Below are positions 51,561 through 64,000 of a stretch of 64,000 nt of DNA, piece after piece. The number at the start of each line of letters is the position of its first letter. The first letter of the stretch is position 1. The position numbers were made by a program, and so were the translations under genes. Source of the DNA: Mytilus edulis (lineage: Eukaryota). The notes beneath the pieces are model-generated. The model was not told where the DNA came from. It saw only the letters and a program-made list of their open reading frames with translations, and did no database searches. The stretch covers positions 2,046,001 through 2,110,000 of the forward strand of contig NC_092349.1 in the NCBI RefSeq assembly GCF_963676685.1. The letters are read 5' to 3'.

Positions 51561-52906
51561 TTCAAAAAAAAATTGTTTGATTCAGGGATATTTTTTTTTT
51601 ACAAACTTATGATTTATCCCTTTCTAACATTTTGGTATCTACTTGGTCGTTAGTTTTTTCTGAAACAAAGCAGGAATATTTTTTCAATTTTATCTTTCGT
51701 TTGCGTGCGTTTTTTTTTTGTTGGTTGGTTTTGCAAAATAAAAGAGTCTTAGAATGTCTGTACGATAATTTAAAAAATGTTTTGGCATCTGATTTCGGGT
51801 ACCTAGATAAATTGTAGTTTCACAATCATTGTGAAGCACAGGTTTGATAGCTGTTAAAATGAATATTAATAATTGAAAACAACACGTTTATTAGTTTTTT
51901 GAAAGTGTTTTCGTGACGCATTTCGAAGACCACACAATATACCGTGTTTTGTAAGGACACTTATGTAATTTTGGCAGCCAAAACAGTGATTGAAGATCCA
52001 GTTCTTCATCTTTAATTGTAATTACAAAAGAAACATAAAACAGAAAATTTAGGATTTCCTCTTTAGTATGCGTATATCAAGTACATGTATATGGAGTTTC
52101 CATGTCATTTGTTAATACCTATTTCATTTATCAACAGTTTAATGTTATATGACTTACACACAAACACGATGTTGTTTGGGGATTATCTGCTGAGATAACA
52201 TTATAAATCGAGCACCATTGTATACAAAAAAAGGAAAGTCTTGTCTAATCTGTTAATATGAATTTTTGGTATATTGGTTTATTTGACAACTTAAATTTAA
52301 CCATGTTTATATAAAACATCCTTTTACCAGCTGTTTTATACACCCCTATCTAGGAGATGATCATTTGATTCTGTTTCGGGTAAGAAAAATATTGATTTTC
52401 CTTTATGAATTATCTATTTTTACGTGTTGCAAGACTGCCTTTTTAAAACTAAAAAAACAAGCATTTTCACACGTGGAAACATATTTGTCTGTATATTTTG
52501 TGGAATAAATACTAAGTTGTATTGTGTCTTTGGGAATATGTTATCATTTTTTTTCCAATCATTGTTATACGTCCTCACCAATGTCGGCAGGAAATCAAAG
52601 GTAAATACAGGCATACAGATATAAGGTGTTGGATCGATGCTCTGTTAATTTGCTGGTGACATTGTATTCAGTATTGCAGACACTACAGCACTTACAATTG
52701 CTTATTTTGTATTCTTTGTAACACTATAAGGTAGAGTACTGTTATCTATTTTTACTTTAGATGTAAAGTACATCTATAAAAAATGTTTAGTCTGTGATAA
52801 TGTATAACAGGAGATAATTGAAACATTAATTTTGAGGAAGATTCATTTTCAATAAGACGCCAGTACTTGCCGATAGTAGATGAAATATTTGTTAGATCGT
52901 GATGTA

Positions 52907-53117
52907 CTGTGAAATCATTATAATTATTCGTTGGATATCAATTTTCGTGGATTTCATGGGTAAAGTTGAACCACGAATTCATATGTTCAACAATATACGA
53001 ATGTTATATAGGCTTGTATGCAGACTTTGGCAAAACCACGAAATTAAATATCCACGAAAATGAAATGATTACAGAATCCACGAAAATTGATACCCACGAA
53101 AAAAAATGAATCCACAG
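52907..53117. mobile_element. MITE (ctgtg...cacag; internal ccacgaaaa repeats); related copy at ~49035-49225
   Basis: Imperfect TIRs with ttcgtgg / ccacgaa motifs. Confidence 0.65.
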
Positions 53118-53529
53118 AATATACATTCAATACGAAAATTGACACTTAATGTTTTTATACTAAAATAAGTGAACACATACACTAATCCCTTACTGCTTTA
53201 GACTAATTTAGATAATGGTTGTACCACAAATAAGATTAATTTCTCACGAATACCACTTAGGAAGAGTTTCGGTTTCCTTTAAAGTACATTTGTTAAGTGT
53301 TTATCACTTATGATACGAATATTTTTGATCGTAATCTTAGAATACCAGCAAATGATATTTATCAGAGCAAAAAGTTTAACATCCTCGTCAAAGAAGTTAT
53401 TTCTGTCTATTTTATATTTTCTATTTATATTATTTTCAATAGTCCATGGGAAAAGACTTCATTGTTGTAGTATAATAACGCATTTTGTTTCTTTTTCTTT
53501 TTAGTTATTCCATATTTTGTAATACCGTC

Positions 53530-56095
53530 GATTTTAAATTAATTAATTCCCCTCACTTAGAAGCAATATACCAACTTCACCTGCATATGGGATATACATT
53601 TCTAAATTTATTCGGTATTCAAGAGCGTGCAGCTCCTACTCAGACTTTGTAATATGTCACCAGTGTCTGATCAGAAAATTAATGAACTAGTAGTATGTCA
53701 CTGAACGTATCGTCCTTTTTCAAAAAAATGTTCATCGGAAGGTACTAAGACCTTTTTAATCAATATTCTGTATCAACTCCACCAATAATACATGATGGTC
53801 TTGAAGTATAGAATCTGGGTACTGACGTTGTTTATCATCTTAATAACGTCTTATAATGTTATTTTAATTTCTTTATTAATATAACTTTAACTGTTTGGTC
53901 TGTACTTTGTGATATACAATTGACGTCGCTCTGTACTTGTGCATTCCGCCATTGTGTTGTTTGTATTATCTTTCATTTTTACTTGTATGCCTTGTCCGTG
54001 CGATGTTTTGTTATGTTTTTTTTTAAAGGAACATTTGACGTAGCTTTGTACTTCAAACATCCCGTCATTGTGTTATTGTTCTTTTGTATCTCTACCTGCG
54101 TGACGTTTTTATCATAATATCAAACACGCGATTCTACACCAGAGTCAATCTAACGATTAGGTCCATGTAATTAAAATCTATCAGTCCATTGTCGTTGAAT
54201 TTACAAACATCAATAAAATACAAAATTAAGTAAGAAAAAATAAGGTTGTTGAATGTGATATACGCTTTATTGTGCTTCTTTGTTAAATTCTTGTTTGTTT
54301 TTGTTATGATTCAGATTGTAACATGGTATTGACTACTGTATCAACAATATTACATTTTATATCTGTTTCTTTTCTTCCCGCATCGTTGTAAATATAATGG
54401 AAGTTGATGCGACTGTCATACAAGTGGGTGGTTTACCGCTATAATAAAATTGAGAATGGAAATCGGGAATGTGCCAAAGAGACAACAACCCGACCATAGA
54501 AAAAACAACAACAGAAGGTCACCAACAGGTTTTCAATGTAGCGAGAAATTTCCGCACCCGGAGGCGTCCTTCAGCTTGCCCCTAAACAAATATATACTAG
54601 TTCAGTGATAATGAACGCCATACTAATTTCCAAATTGTACACAATAAACTAAAATTAAAATAATACAAGACTAACAAAGGCCAGAGGCTCCTGACATGGG
54701 ACAGTTGCAAAAATGCGGCGGGGTTAAACATGTTTGTGAGATCTCAACCCTCCCCCTATACTTCTAGCCAATGTAGAAAAGTAAACGCATAACAATACGC
54801 ACATTAAAATTCAATTCAAGAGAAGTCCGAGTCTGATGTCAGAAGATGTAACCAAAGAAAATAAACAAAATGACAATAATACATAAATAACAACAGACTA
54901 CTAGCAGTTAACTAACATGCCAGCTCCAGACTCAGATTAAACTGACTGAAAGATTATGCTTTCACCATATGAACATCAGGCACAATCCTTCCCGTTAGGG
55001 GTTTAGTATCATACCATCATAACATATATGAGAAGAACATATCCGTGTCATGCCAACAACTGGTTTTTAATAAATGTGTTTCCGATGCAAAGACCCAATA
55101 AGTGAATCAATATTAACGCCAAAATAAGCAATCTTTAATGACCTGACAACAGTATCGTAACTATATCCCTTCTAAATAAGTCTATTCAAAGGTTTTGTTA
55201 GTTTTTTGAGGTGAATACTGACACCTTTGTGCTTGATAAAGAATATTTCCATAAAACATTGGATGTGAAATACCTGAACGTATAAGAAGTCTGCATGTTG
55301 AGCTATATTTACGAATGATGTCCTTATACCGATGATAAATTTAGTAAATGTTTTGACTAGTTTGTGATATCGAAAACCCTGGTGTAATAATTTTTCAGTA
55401 ATACATAAATGTCTCTCGTTAAAATCTTAAACATTGTTACATACACGAGCGAATCGTACAAGTTGAGACACATAAACACCGTAAGATGGTGACAAGGGAA
55501 CGTCACCATCTAAAAATGGATAATTAACGATAGGAAACGAAAAATCCTCTCTTTTATCATAAATTTTAGTATTCAGCTTTCCGTTAGTGATATAGATATC
55601 AAGATCGAGGAAAGGGCAGTGGTTATTGTTAGTATTAGCTTCATTTAAAGTAAGTTCAACAGGATAAATTTCTTTAATATACATACTGAAGTCGTCATTA
55701 TTGAGAGCCAAAATATCATCGAAATATCGAAAAGTATTATTAAATTTGTTTATCAGATATTTGTTTCGATGGGTCTTTGCTTATTTTTGTCATACATTGT
55801 AACTCATAGCAATACAAAAACAGGTCCGCAATAAGGGGTGCACAGTTAGTCCCCATTGGAATACGGAATCCCCAAAGCGAAAAAAAATGTTATCTAGTAA
55901 AAATTCAAGGGCATATATACTATCAAAGCATTTCCAATTGACATAGTTTTTTTTATAAAAACTAGGTTAAATCCAACATTTTAATAAAACGCCTTTACCA
56001 AGTCAGGAATATAATACTTCATGTTCATTCGTTTGATGTGTTTGTGCGTTTGATTTTGACATTAAGTAAATTACTTTCCGTTTTCAATTTTCCCC
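53530..56095 (+). mobile_element. Decayed Penelope-like element (second family), split by a nested insertion
   Basis: SNIPTSPAYGIYISKFIRYSRACSS at ~53563-53637; its 3' region gtttaccgctataa continues as aaactaggttaaatcc after ~55955. Confidence 0.65.
54445..55954 (-). mobile_element. 5'-truncated Penelope-like retroelement (RT core plus 3' region)
   Basis: IPMGTNCAPLIADLFLYCYE, FRYFDD, FLDLDI..IYDKREDFSFPIVNYP..SYGVYVSQLVRFARVC; contains stops and frameshifts; no GIY-YIG seen after the RT. Confidence 0.85.
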
Positions 56096-56887
56096 CGTGT
56101 TCAGTTTTTTTTTGAGATTTTACTTTAAACAATAGCAATTTTTGGGGCCTTTTGTAGCGTGCTGTTCTGTGTGAGTCAAGACTCCGCGTTGAAGACCGTA
56201 CTTTGATCTTTAATGGTTTACTTTGAAAAAAATAGACCTTCGATGGAGAGTTGTCACGTCGGCACTCATACTACATCTTCTTATATCTATGTATTAGATA
56301 CATTGAACAGAATATCATAACACTTAGAAATTTTCTGAATTAGATGTATTAAATAATATTGAAAAAAATAAAAAATCACAAAAAAAACTGAACTCCGAGG
56401 AAAATTTAAAAAGGAAAGTCCGTAATCAAATAGCGAAATAAAAAACTAAAACACATTAGACGAATGGATAACAACTGTCATACTTCTGACTTATTTAGGC
56501 ATTTGTTTTATAGAAAATTGTTGATTAAATCTAGTTTTTTAGCTAGCTAAAGCTCTCGCTGGTATTACAAAAACATTAAATTCCATATATATATATAGCG
56601 ATGTGTGAACGATACAAACAGACATAATAGGTAAAAATGTCAAATTTAAAAGGATTTAAAATTTTGTCCTGCATTTTTCTTTATAGTTGTAATATCATCA
56701 TTATTGTCCTGCATTTTTTATTTTTCATTTTTTACGGACCTGCAATTTTCATTAGTTTACTGAAATTGTTTTCGTAAATTGTCATTCTGCTTGTTATGCC
56801 AAATTACTGATCCTGCCTTTGTTTGTTCAAAAGCCTTTCTTGCCTTTTTTTCAAATAGCATCCAAGCCCCCCTCCTCAGGCTCAAAT

Positions 56888-57086
56888 GAGGGTGGATAGA
56901 ACCTTTATCGGGACTCCGGGATCGAGTGTTTTTAAGGTAGGGATTTAGGGATTGACACTTTCGAGATCCGAAAATTCTTTTTTCGAATCTTGGGATGTCG
57001 GGATTTAAATTTCTTTAAATTCGGGACCTCGGGATTTCATGTTTTTAAGCCGGGTTTTCGGGATCAGGACCCCTCCTACCCCCCTC
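56888..57086. mobile_element. MITE-like insertion with 6-bp TSD
   Basis: GAGGG...CCCTC termini; TCAAAT at 56882-56887 and 57087-57092; internal cgggat repeats. Confidence 0.6.
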
Positions 57087-58290
57087 TCAAATTTTAACCA
57101 AAAAAATAAGAATCCCTGGACAATTACACAATGCTTATGTTCGTAGATCTTCTTATCAAATTGATTAAATCAAAACTGAATTGACTCCACATTACTTTTT
57201 TTTAAACGAAACATGTAGTTTTTAAAGAAATTCGCCATGGCTTTAGAAATACATGTAAGTTAGTAATGTAAAAAAGATTACGATTAATTCATAATTTTAT
57301 AATTGCTGTCATATTTTTTTAAAGTGCAATTTAATATTTTATCATGTTTATTGCATGATTTATATTTCATGTAAAAAGTTAGACGATACCCATAGGGATA
57401 ATCAACCACCAGTGCATCATTTACATGTCACGGAACAAGGCAAAAATAAGAAAAAAACGTCCGATTTAGTCCAAAAAACACTACACATATTTTTGCTTTC
57501 TTAATTCATCTGAATAAAAAAAAAGTATATCTTTCTAGTATGTTTTTCCAACCTATCCTGACAGGTGTAGAAGATTAACGGGTGTCTTCTATTCCGTCCG
57601 CAATTTTAGGGAAAGTAAAGTCTATATTTAGAATCATAGTTGAAACTGAAACTACACATGTATGATATAAATAGAACATGCCATTTTCGCATTATCAAAT
57701 TTAAATTTCGAAGGGATAGCAAAATTTGTTATTGTCTTTTGTTGTGCTTTTGTTATGTTAACTTGTGTATCTTTCCGAATTTATCAAATGTAATTTTGAA
57801 ATAAATATAAAAAAGGAAGTGTGGTGTCATTGCAAGTGACAAGTGAAAATGTTTCTTCTCAAGTCTCAATTCAAGATTATTACTGAATAGAGTAATCATT
57901 CTCTATAATAATAAGGGGCCCCAAAAATAATGTGAAACTTGTAACTTCCGTGCTTTTAACTAAACACCAGTTGTATCTAATTTTTATAACCTCTGCAGAA
58001 ATGCTAAAAAAAATCTATGTTTAACGAACTTGATTAAACAGTATAAGGATTTTGCACAGTCAGCTCTATTTCATCTCTCATGAGCCGTGGTTCTTTGCAC
58101 CAATGGTTTTGTCGTTAAGTTTTGAATTGTATATTTTTGAATCTGGCCAAAAGACCAATAAATTGAAAATCTTGGTCATGTAAAGCATCTGCCAACTTTA
58201 AAGCTGTTCCCTATGTATCATGTGTATTTTTGGCGTGTCATGCTTTTAATTTCAACAGCTCGTTTCTCAAATCAAAAATCAGTTACATCC

Positions 58291-58960
58291 TTTTTTTGCC
58301 CCTGCAACTGAAAGTCGGGCGGGTATTGTTTTACCCCTGTCCGTTTGTCCTTCCGTCCTTTCCATTATTGGTATATAGTTATTTGGCATAACTCCTCCTA
58401 CCGTTTGATTCCTAGGAAGTTTTCACTTTGAAGTCTGTTGAGTAGTTAAGTACGTACACTGCGCCTCAATAGAAACGATTCCCTTTTCAAACAATTTTAT
58501 GTGACTACATGTCCATTATGTATTCCGTGTGCTTTGAATGGGTTGACATGTCATAAATGTGTCTATATTGTTGTATGGTCGATTAAAGCTTGTGTAATAT
58601 AATTTTAAAATAAATATGAATTCATAACTACATAAAAGTCATGGCCCGTACAAGTGTTTCTTACCAAAAACCACAATTATTAACCTTGAGGTCAAAGTTC
58701 AAGGTCACATGAAGGTCAAAATTTAAGAAGGCACACCACCTCAGGATGATACATCCACATGCCAAAGATGTACGGCCTAGGTCAAAAGGCAAGGAAGTTA
58801 TGGCCTACATAGTTGTTTTCACGGGAAAAAACCCATAAAGTTGACCTTGATGTCACCTTTGAAGGTCATCCAAAGGTCATCATGATGCAAGACACTTAAC
58901 CCTGTGATGATACATCCATATGCCAAACAGCTAAGGCCTAGTTAAAAAGACGGACAAAAA
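58291..58960 (+). mobile_element. Helentron-associated non-autonomous element (HINE-like) fragment
   Basis: T-run start, short palindrome, gtcc-type microsatellite, then accttgaggtcaa/aaggtca repeats; similar end in reverse at ~24950-25030. Confidence 0.5.
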
Positions 58961-60054
58961 TATGGCCATTATGTACTTTTTTTAATAAATTGCTCTTATT
59001 TAATGAACCAATTTGAGGGTGGGGCGTAATTTAAACTTTAATACCAAAAAATCTAACGGTTAAATTTAAAAAAAAATTTGCAAGAACAACCGACTAGTAT
59101 AGCACTCCAAATGCTTAGTTTTATGAAAAAATTAAACGACACATTTTTTTTCAAAATAAAAATTCTTCTTCAAATACTAGAAGCACAGCATTCACTTTTC
59201 GGGGCTGATTCTGATACCCCCTATTAAAGTTCTGGCAAAATTTTAAATCCGGAATAAAAAACTTACAAGAAAGGGGTATCAGTGAACTAATATTCACCTC
59301 AGCTATCATTATTAGCTATGCTATTGTCAATTTAGGATCAAATTATTTTTTTTTAACAAATTCAACCCTATACCCATATTTCAGAAACTTCCAAATTTGG
59401 CCGATACTAGTATGTAAAAGATGCCATATTTGAGTTGCCAAATCTTTTAAACCTATGGTTCAAATCTTTTAAAATTTTTACAAGATGTTTAGGTTGGCCT
59501 AGTTTATCAATGAAAAAAAATTAAGAAAAATTAAACGACAGGATTTTTTTAGGGTATAGTGTTGGGTACCCCCTTAAACAAATCACATTAGCAAAAACGA
59601 AAGACGTGTCGGAAAATACGCGAAATACAAACATTACGCTAAGGTAACGTTGTTACCATAACGCTATACTGTGTGACGTTATATTGTATATGCATTAGCT
59701 ATCACGACGATTAAACGTAAAGAAAACACAACGTTTTCATTAAGAATATTTAACAATACAAGAATATAAAAATGTACAATATTAGTAGTACAATGAATTA
59801 TTTATGAATTAGATGCATTGATTTAAATATTATTAAATGATATCTTCAAAATGTACGCTTAAAATGCATAGAACATATAATCATATGACAACTAGAAAAT
59901 AAATGTATTCGATGTATTTGACATGTTATCATTTTCATACTGACAAATGTATGTAATTACATTGCGCCTGTCCATAGTCAGGAGTCTCTGGCCTTTTTGG
60001 TGTGTCTTGTATGATTTTTGATTTTAGTTAATTAATGTTGTCGAGTTTAGTATG

Positions 60055-60399
60055 GAATAACCGTTTCACAAATGATATCGGATATGTTCCTTACGTCGTA
60101 ACTACAATCCCCTTCCCTTTCATGAATGTGACCTACCGAATTAGACTATTTACCGGATTTGTAATCACATAAGCAACACGACGGGTGCCACATGTGGAGC
60201 AGGATCTGCTTACCCTTCCGGAGCACCTGAGATCACGCCTAGATTTTGGTGGGGTTCGTGTTGTTTATTCTTTAGTTTTCTATGTTGTGTCATGTGTACT
60301 ATTGTTTTTCTGTTTGTCTTTTTCATTTTTAGCCATGGCGTTGTCAGTTTGTTTTAGATTTATGAGTTTGACTGTCCCTTTGGTATCTTTCGTCCCTCT
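60055..60399 (+). mobile_element. 5'-truncated retroelement 3' end nested in another repeat (~59965-60585)
   Basis: 9-bp TSD TTTAGTATG at 60046-60054 and 60400-60408; host repeat matches the 54445/14630 family. Confidence 0.8.
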
Positions 60400-61226
60400 T
60401 TTAGTATGATGTCCATTTCCACTGAATAATTACACATTTTAATTAAGGGGCTAACTGAGGCCCAACACTAGAAGCTCGAATTTCTCGCTACATTGAAGAC
60501 ACATGGGTTGTTCTCTGTCGTTTATTGCTCTTTGGTGCGTTCGTTGTCGCTTTAACATCTTCCCTATGCCAATTCTAAATTTTATGACAAATCACATAAG
60601 GTTTCGAATTATGATTCACTTACGTAGTGTTTCGATGTCCGTGAAATCTTATTTATACAAGTGTTTTACACTTACTTAATGATCGCCCATCCTTGTATTG
60701 ATCATAAATCCGATAGCCTCAGTACGATCTTTATAATGTATCATCAGGAAGTTTTTCTCCATTCGTTTCAGCTTTCCTAAACTTCTATTTTTAATCAGTC
60801 AGTCAAGTAAAATCGTGAAGCAACAAGACTAGTGTATATCTAGCGGCCTAGTGAAACGAGGTAAAATATGTATCTTTGTTAAGTCATGCACAGCAAGATA
60901 CGCACCTGGTTTTGCCCCTATTTGGTATTGAAGTGGTTATCTCGTGATTTATGTGTTTCCTTTTTTGTGTATTCGTACTGCATTTAGGAGAATATAACAT
61001 AATAATTTCTTTATTAAACCTGCAAGAAAAATAAATTCAGATAATTACAGGCAAGTAACTGGCAATTCAATTTAAAGATCTGTACATACGTACGTAGTAA
61101 TCAATGTTTATTTACATAAATCGATAATGAATTATAAAAACGGTCATAAAACTAAAATAAGTTAATGAATAAAAAATAAAAAATTACATGAAGTACTTTA
61201 AGTACTAGTAATCACATGCATTCATG

Positions 61227-61330
61227 TTTAGCCAAATTTGGACAACGTTTCGGGGTTTGCGGTCGTTATGTAAAAAATATAAGATAAATAACGACCGCAA
61301 ACCACGAAACGTTGTCCAAATTTGGCTAAA
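61227..61330. repeat. 43-bp-arm inverted repeat
   Basis: 61227-61269 vs 61288-61330, one mismatch, 18-nt loop. Confidence 0.9.
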
Positions 61331-62220
61331 ACGAATTCTACATTCAATAATGCACAGGGAATAGACTGAAATCTTTTCATTATGTCGTGAAGTATATAAG
61401 TAATTGATTAATTTGTAGAAAACCAAACCAACCTGAAACAGATGTAACTATGTATATAACATTAACATACATTCTTTTTAATGGCTTCCTGTTTATCACC
61501 CATACTATTCTAAGTTAGGCCAACAAGGCATACGTCAAATAAAGGTATTAATATATAATTATACACTATTTTACCCCTTTATATTAGTATATGCTATTTC
61601 TCTGACATGTCTGATTTTTTATTTATTTATTTTGGTTTTTAACCAGCTGTCAGTCACATACTCTCAAATCGTTCTTAAAATGTATTGTAAAATGTATGTA
61701 ATAAAAATAATGACTAAAGTAAGGTTTCGAATTATAATTCATAGTGTTTCGATTTCCTTGCAGTCTGATCTATATAAGTGTTTTACACTTCACTAAGTGA
61801 CCTCCCATCCTTGTTTTGATAATAAATCAGATATCCGCAGTACACGTACTTACACTGTATCATGAGGAACGGTTTATTATTTTCCAGCTTCCCTAAACTC
61901 CTACGTTTAATCAGTCAAGTAATATCGTGAAGCAACAAGTGAATATCAAGCGTCCAAGAAAAAAAGGTAAAATATACATCGTATAATATAAGTCATGCAC
62001 AACAGGAGAAGCTCAGCAAGCCGACACACATAGTTCTGCTTCTTTGTGCGATTAGTTGATTATATAAGGCTACATTAGTGTTTTGATTACTATTCACTTG
62101 TGTAGTGTTTCGATTTCCCTGCTTTCTTATTAAATAGATAAATAGATAGATACTTGATTCTTTAAAAACTAAATACAAGTTTACAGAGAAAGATACAATA
62201 TAAACATTTTTTGATTCGAC

Positions 62221-62262
62221 CGTCTCTGATGAGTCTTTTGTAGACGAAACGCGCGTCTGGCG
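62221..62262 (+). ncRNA. Minimal type I hammerhead ribozyme
   Basis: cgtct-CTGATGA-gtc ttttgta gac-GAAA-cgcgcG-TC|tggcg; intact core, GUC cleavage triplet, palindromic stem III. Confidence 0.85.
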
Positions 62263-63600
62263 TAAATATAAAATTTTAATCCTGGTATCTATGATCAGTT
62301 TATATAGATACAGATATTTAAACAACTCTTTAACACTATTACTTAGTGACTGCCCAGTCATGTGTAAATACGAACAAAATCAGTTAGCCTCAGTACTTTC
62401 AATGTATTATTAGCAAGTTTTCTTTATTTCTTTCAGCTTCCCTAAACTCCTACGTTTAATCAGTCGAGTAATATCGTAAAGTAACAAGTGTATATCCAGG
62501 GGCCCATCGAAAAAAGGTAAGATATACATCTTTGTAAGGTCATGTACAACAGGAGACGCTCATCAAGTCGCCACACTCAGTTCCGCTTCTTTTTGAGTTT
62601 AGGTGATTGTCTAAGCCTAGAGTAATGTTTCTGAATATTAATTACTTACGAAGTGTGTCAATTTCCTTGAATTTGGAGTCGTTTTTATACAAGCGTTTTA
62701 CACTTTTGCTAAGTGACCGCTCACCATTGATCTGAAAGAACAAAATCAGATATTCTCAGTACATGATTTTATAATGTATCATTTGGAAGTTTATAACAAG
62801 TGTATATCCAGCGTCTCAGTGGTAAAAGGTAAACTTTTCATCTGTGTTTAGGCATGCAGAAAAAAGACACGCATTGTTTTGCTGTTTGTTTGCGTTATAT
62901 TGAATATTTCAGGGTTTGTGCGTCACCTAGTTTCGTCTATTTATACTCAATTAACGAGATTTGAATACACTTTTGTCTTAACTTATCATACAAGAAAGAT
63001 ACACCCATGCTATAATCGGCTATAATTCTTATATAATTTGCAAATTAGGAAATACGATTATGTGATTAGTTGAGAGGCTGTCATTTAATGGCTCTGGACG
63101 TTATCTTTTTCTCTTGTTTAACAACGTTGACCGAACAACTTTTTGTAACCGACGTTTTCAAGATGGTGGTAATGGTTACATTCATTTGAATGATAAAAAC
63201 ATAATTTTGTAGTGTACTTATTATCATAAATCAAATTTCATGGAATACATATTTTTGCGTTAAATCATCAAATAAATTCATGCGCCAAACCATTTCAATA
63301 ACACAAAAAAAAAAAGTTTACCTGTGACAGAGGATACGGATGAGGAAAAGTAAATATTTTATCTAAAACATTTGAGAATTATAGTTACATTTCAGCTACA
63401 TTGTTCTTCCAGGTGTGATCTAAGCCGGATCATCCCTTCCCTACCAGATCACCACAGGTTGAGTTTCTTTCTTTGCATGCTTTCCTTTGCTTTTCTTTGA
63501 AACATTTTGGCGGGAATGCCCAATCCACAATAAAACTTAGAATAATTATTGAGAGAAAGACACACTTTCAAAATTTAAGATGAAAAAATCCATTGTCTAG

Positions 63601-63650
63601 GCTGGGAATCGAACTCAAGACCTTTCGTATACCAACCCACGACACATACC
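63601..63650 (-). repeat. tRNA-derived SINE head remnant
   Basis: Minus strand reads gagttcgattcccagc (B-box-like); no complete cloverleaf. Confidence 0.4.
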
Positions 63651-64000
63651 TCTTAAGTAGGGACAGTTAGTAGACCTTTATTCAGTGGATTTTAATCCTG
63701 TTTCATAAATAAGGCGAGTTATCACATTGTTCGATGGGATTTTACCCTTTTTCAAAAGTGGGACGAGTTGGTAAACAAGAGTGGAGCGAATTTTTTAGAA
63801 ATTGACGATTTAGTATGGGCCGACTGGCCAGTTGTGCGAGTTAATATGGTGTCATAATTAAACATATGTTCGGGGGTCATAAAGGGTATATATTATATAG
63901 TAGATAAGATAAATAACGACCGCAAACCCCGAAACGTTGTCCAAATTTGGCTAAACAATTTTCATCGAATTCTACATTCAATAATGCACAGGGAATTGAC

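Larger units (their letters stand above)
60598..62870. repeat. Diverged local repeats of a ~300-400-bp unit (about four copies)
   Basis: Shared blocks aaggtttcgaattat, gtgttttacactt, cagcttccctaaactcctacgtttaatcagtc and gtcatgcaca starting near 60598, 61721, 62330 and 62640. Confidence 0.75.

Noticed and set aside
60185-60409. 74-aa hydrophobic ORF and similar short ORFs elsewhere
   Set aside because: They lie in T-rich repeat tails or AT-rich DNA, mostly with non-ATG starts and no splice or domain support
63601-63650. tRNA gene
   Set aside because: Only a B-box-like T arm; no acceptor stem or full cloverleaf

Overview
AT-rich eukaryotic genomic DNA, most likely from a bivalve mollusc (Mytilus-like; inferred from gene and repeat families, not proven), with one assembly gap (13030-13543). 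(1) A minus-strand tandem cluster of three TRIM genes (RING, B-box, coiled coil, NHL-like beta-propeller), each with its coding region essentially in one exon. The middle copy is split by a 166-bp retroelement 3' end but otherwise intact. Four copies of a conserved upstream module (splice donor, IRF/ISRE-like or Inr motif, CRE-like and kappaB-like sites) serve these three genes. (2) An apparently intact, young 6482-bp Ngaro-type tyrosine-recombinase retrotransposon (26911-33392) with split direct repeats. Its gag, RT/RNaseH, YR and SGNH-hydrolase ORFs all lie in one reading frame separated by single stop codons; the first is in a UGA-CUA readthrough context, and each ORF has a candidate splice acceptor at its 5' end. 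(3) A multi-exon MS4A/CD20-like gene. (4) Many repeats: Penelope-like RT fragments, hammerhead-ribozyme repeats, a Tc1 remnant, a solo LTR, MITEs, long palindromes and a 2.1-kb tandem duplication bounded by a TIR module. All calls were made by eye; no searches were run.
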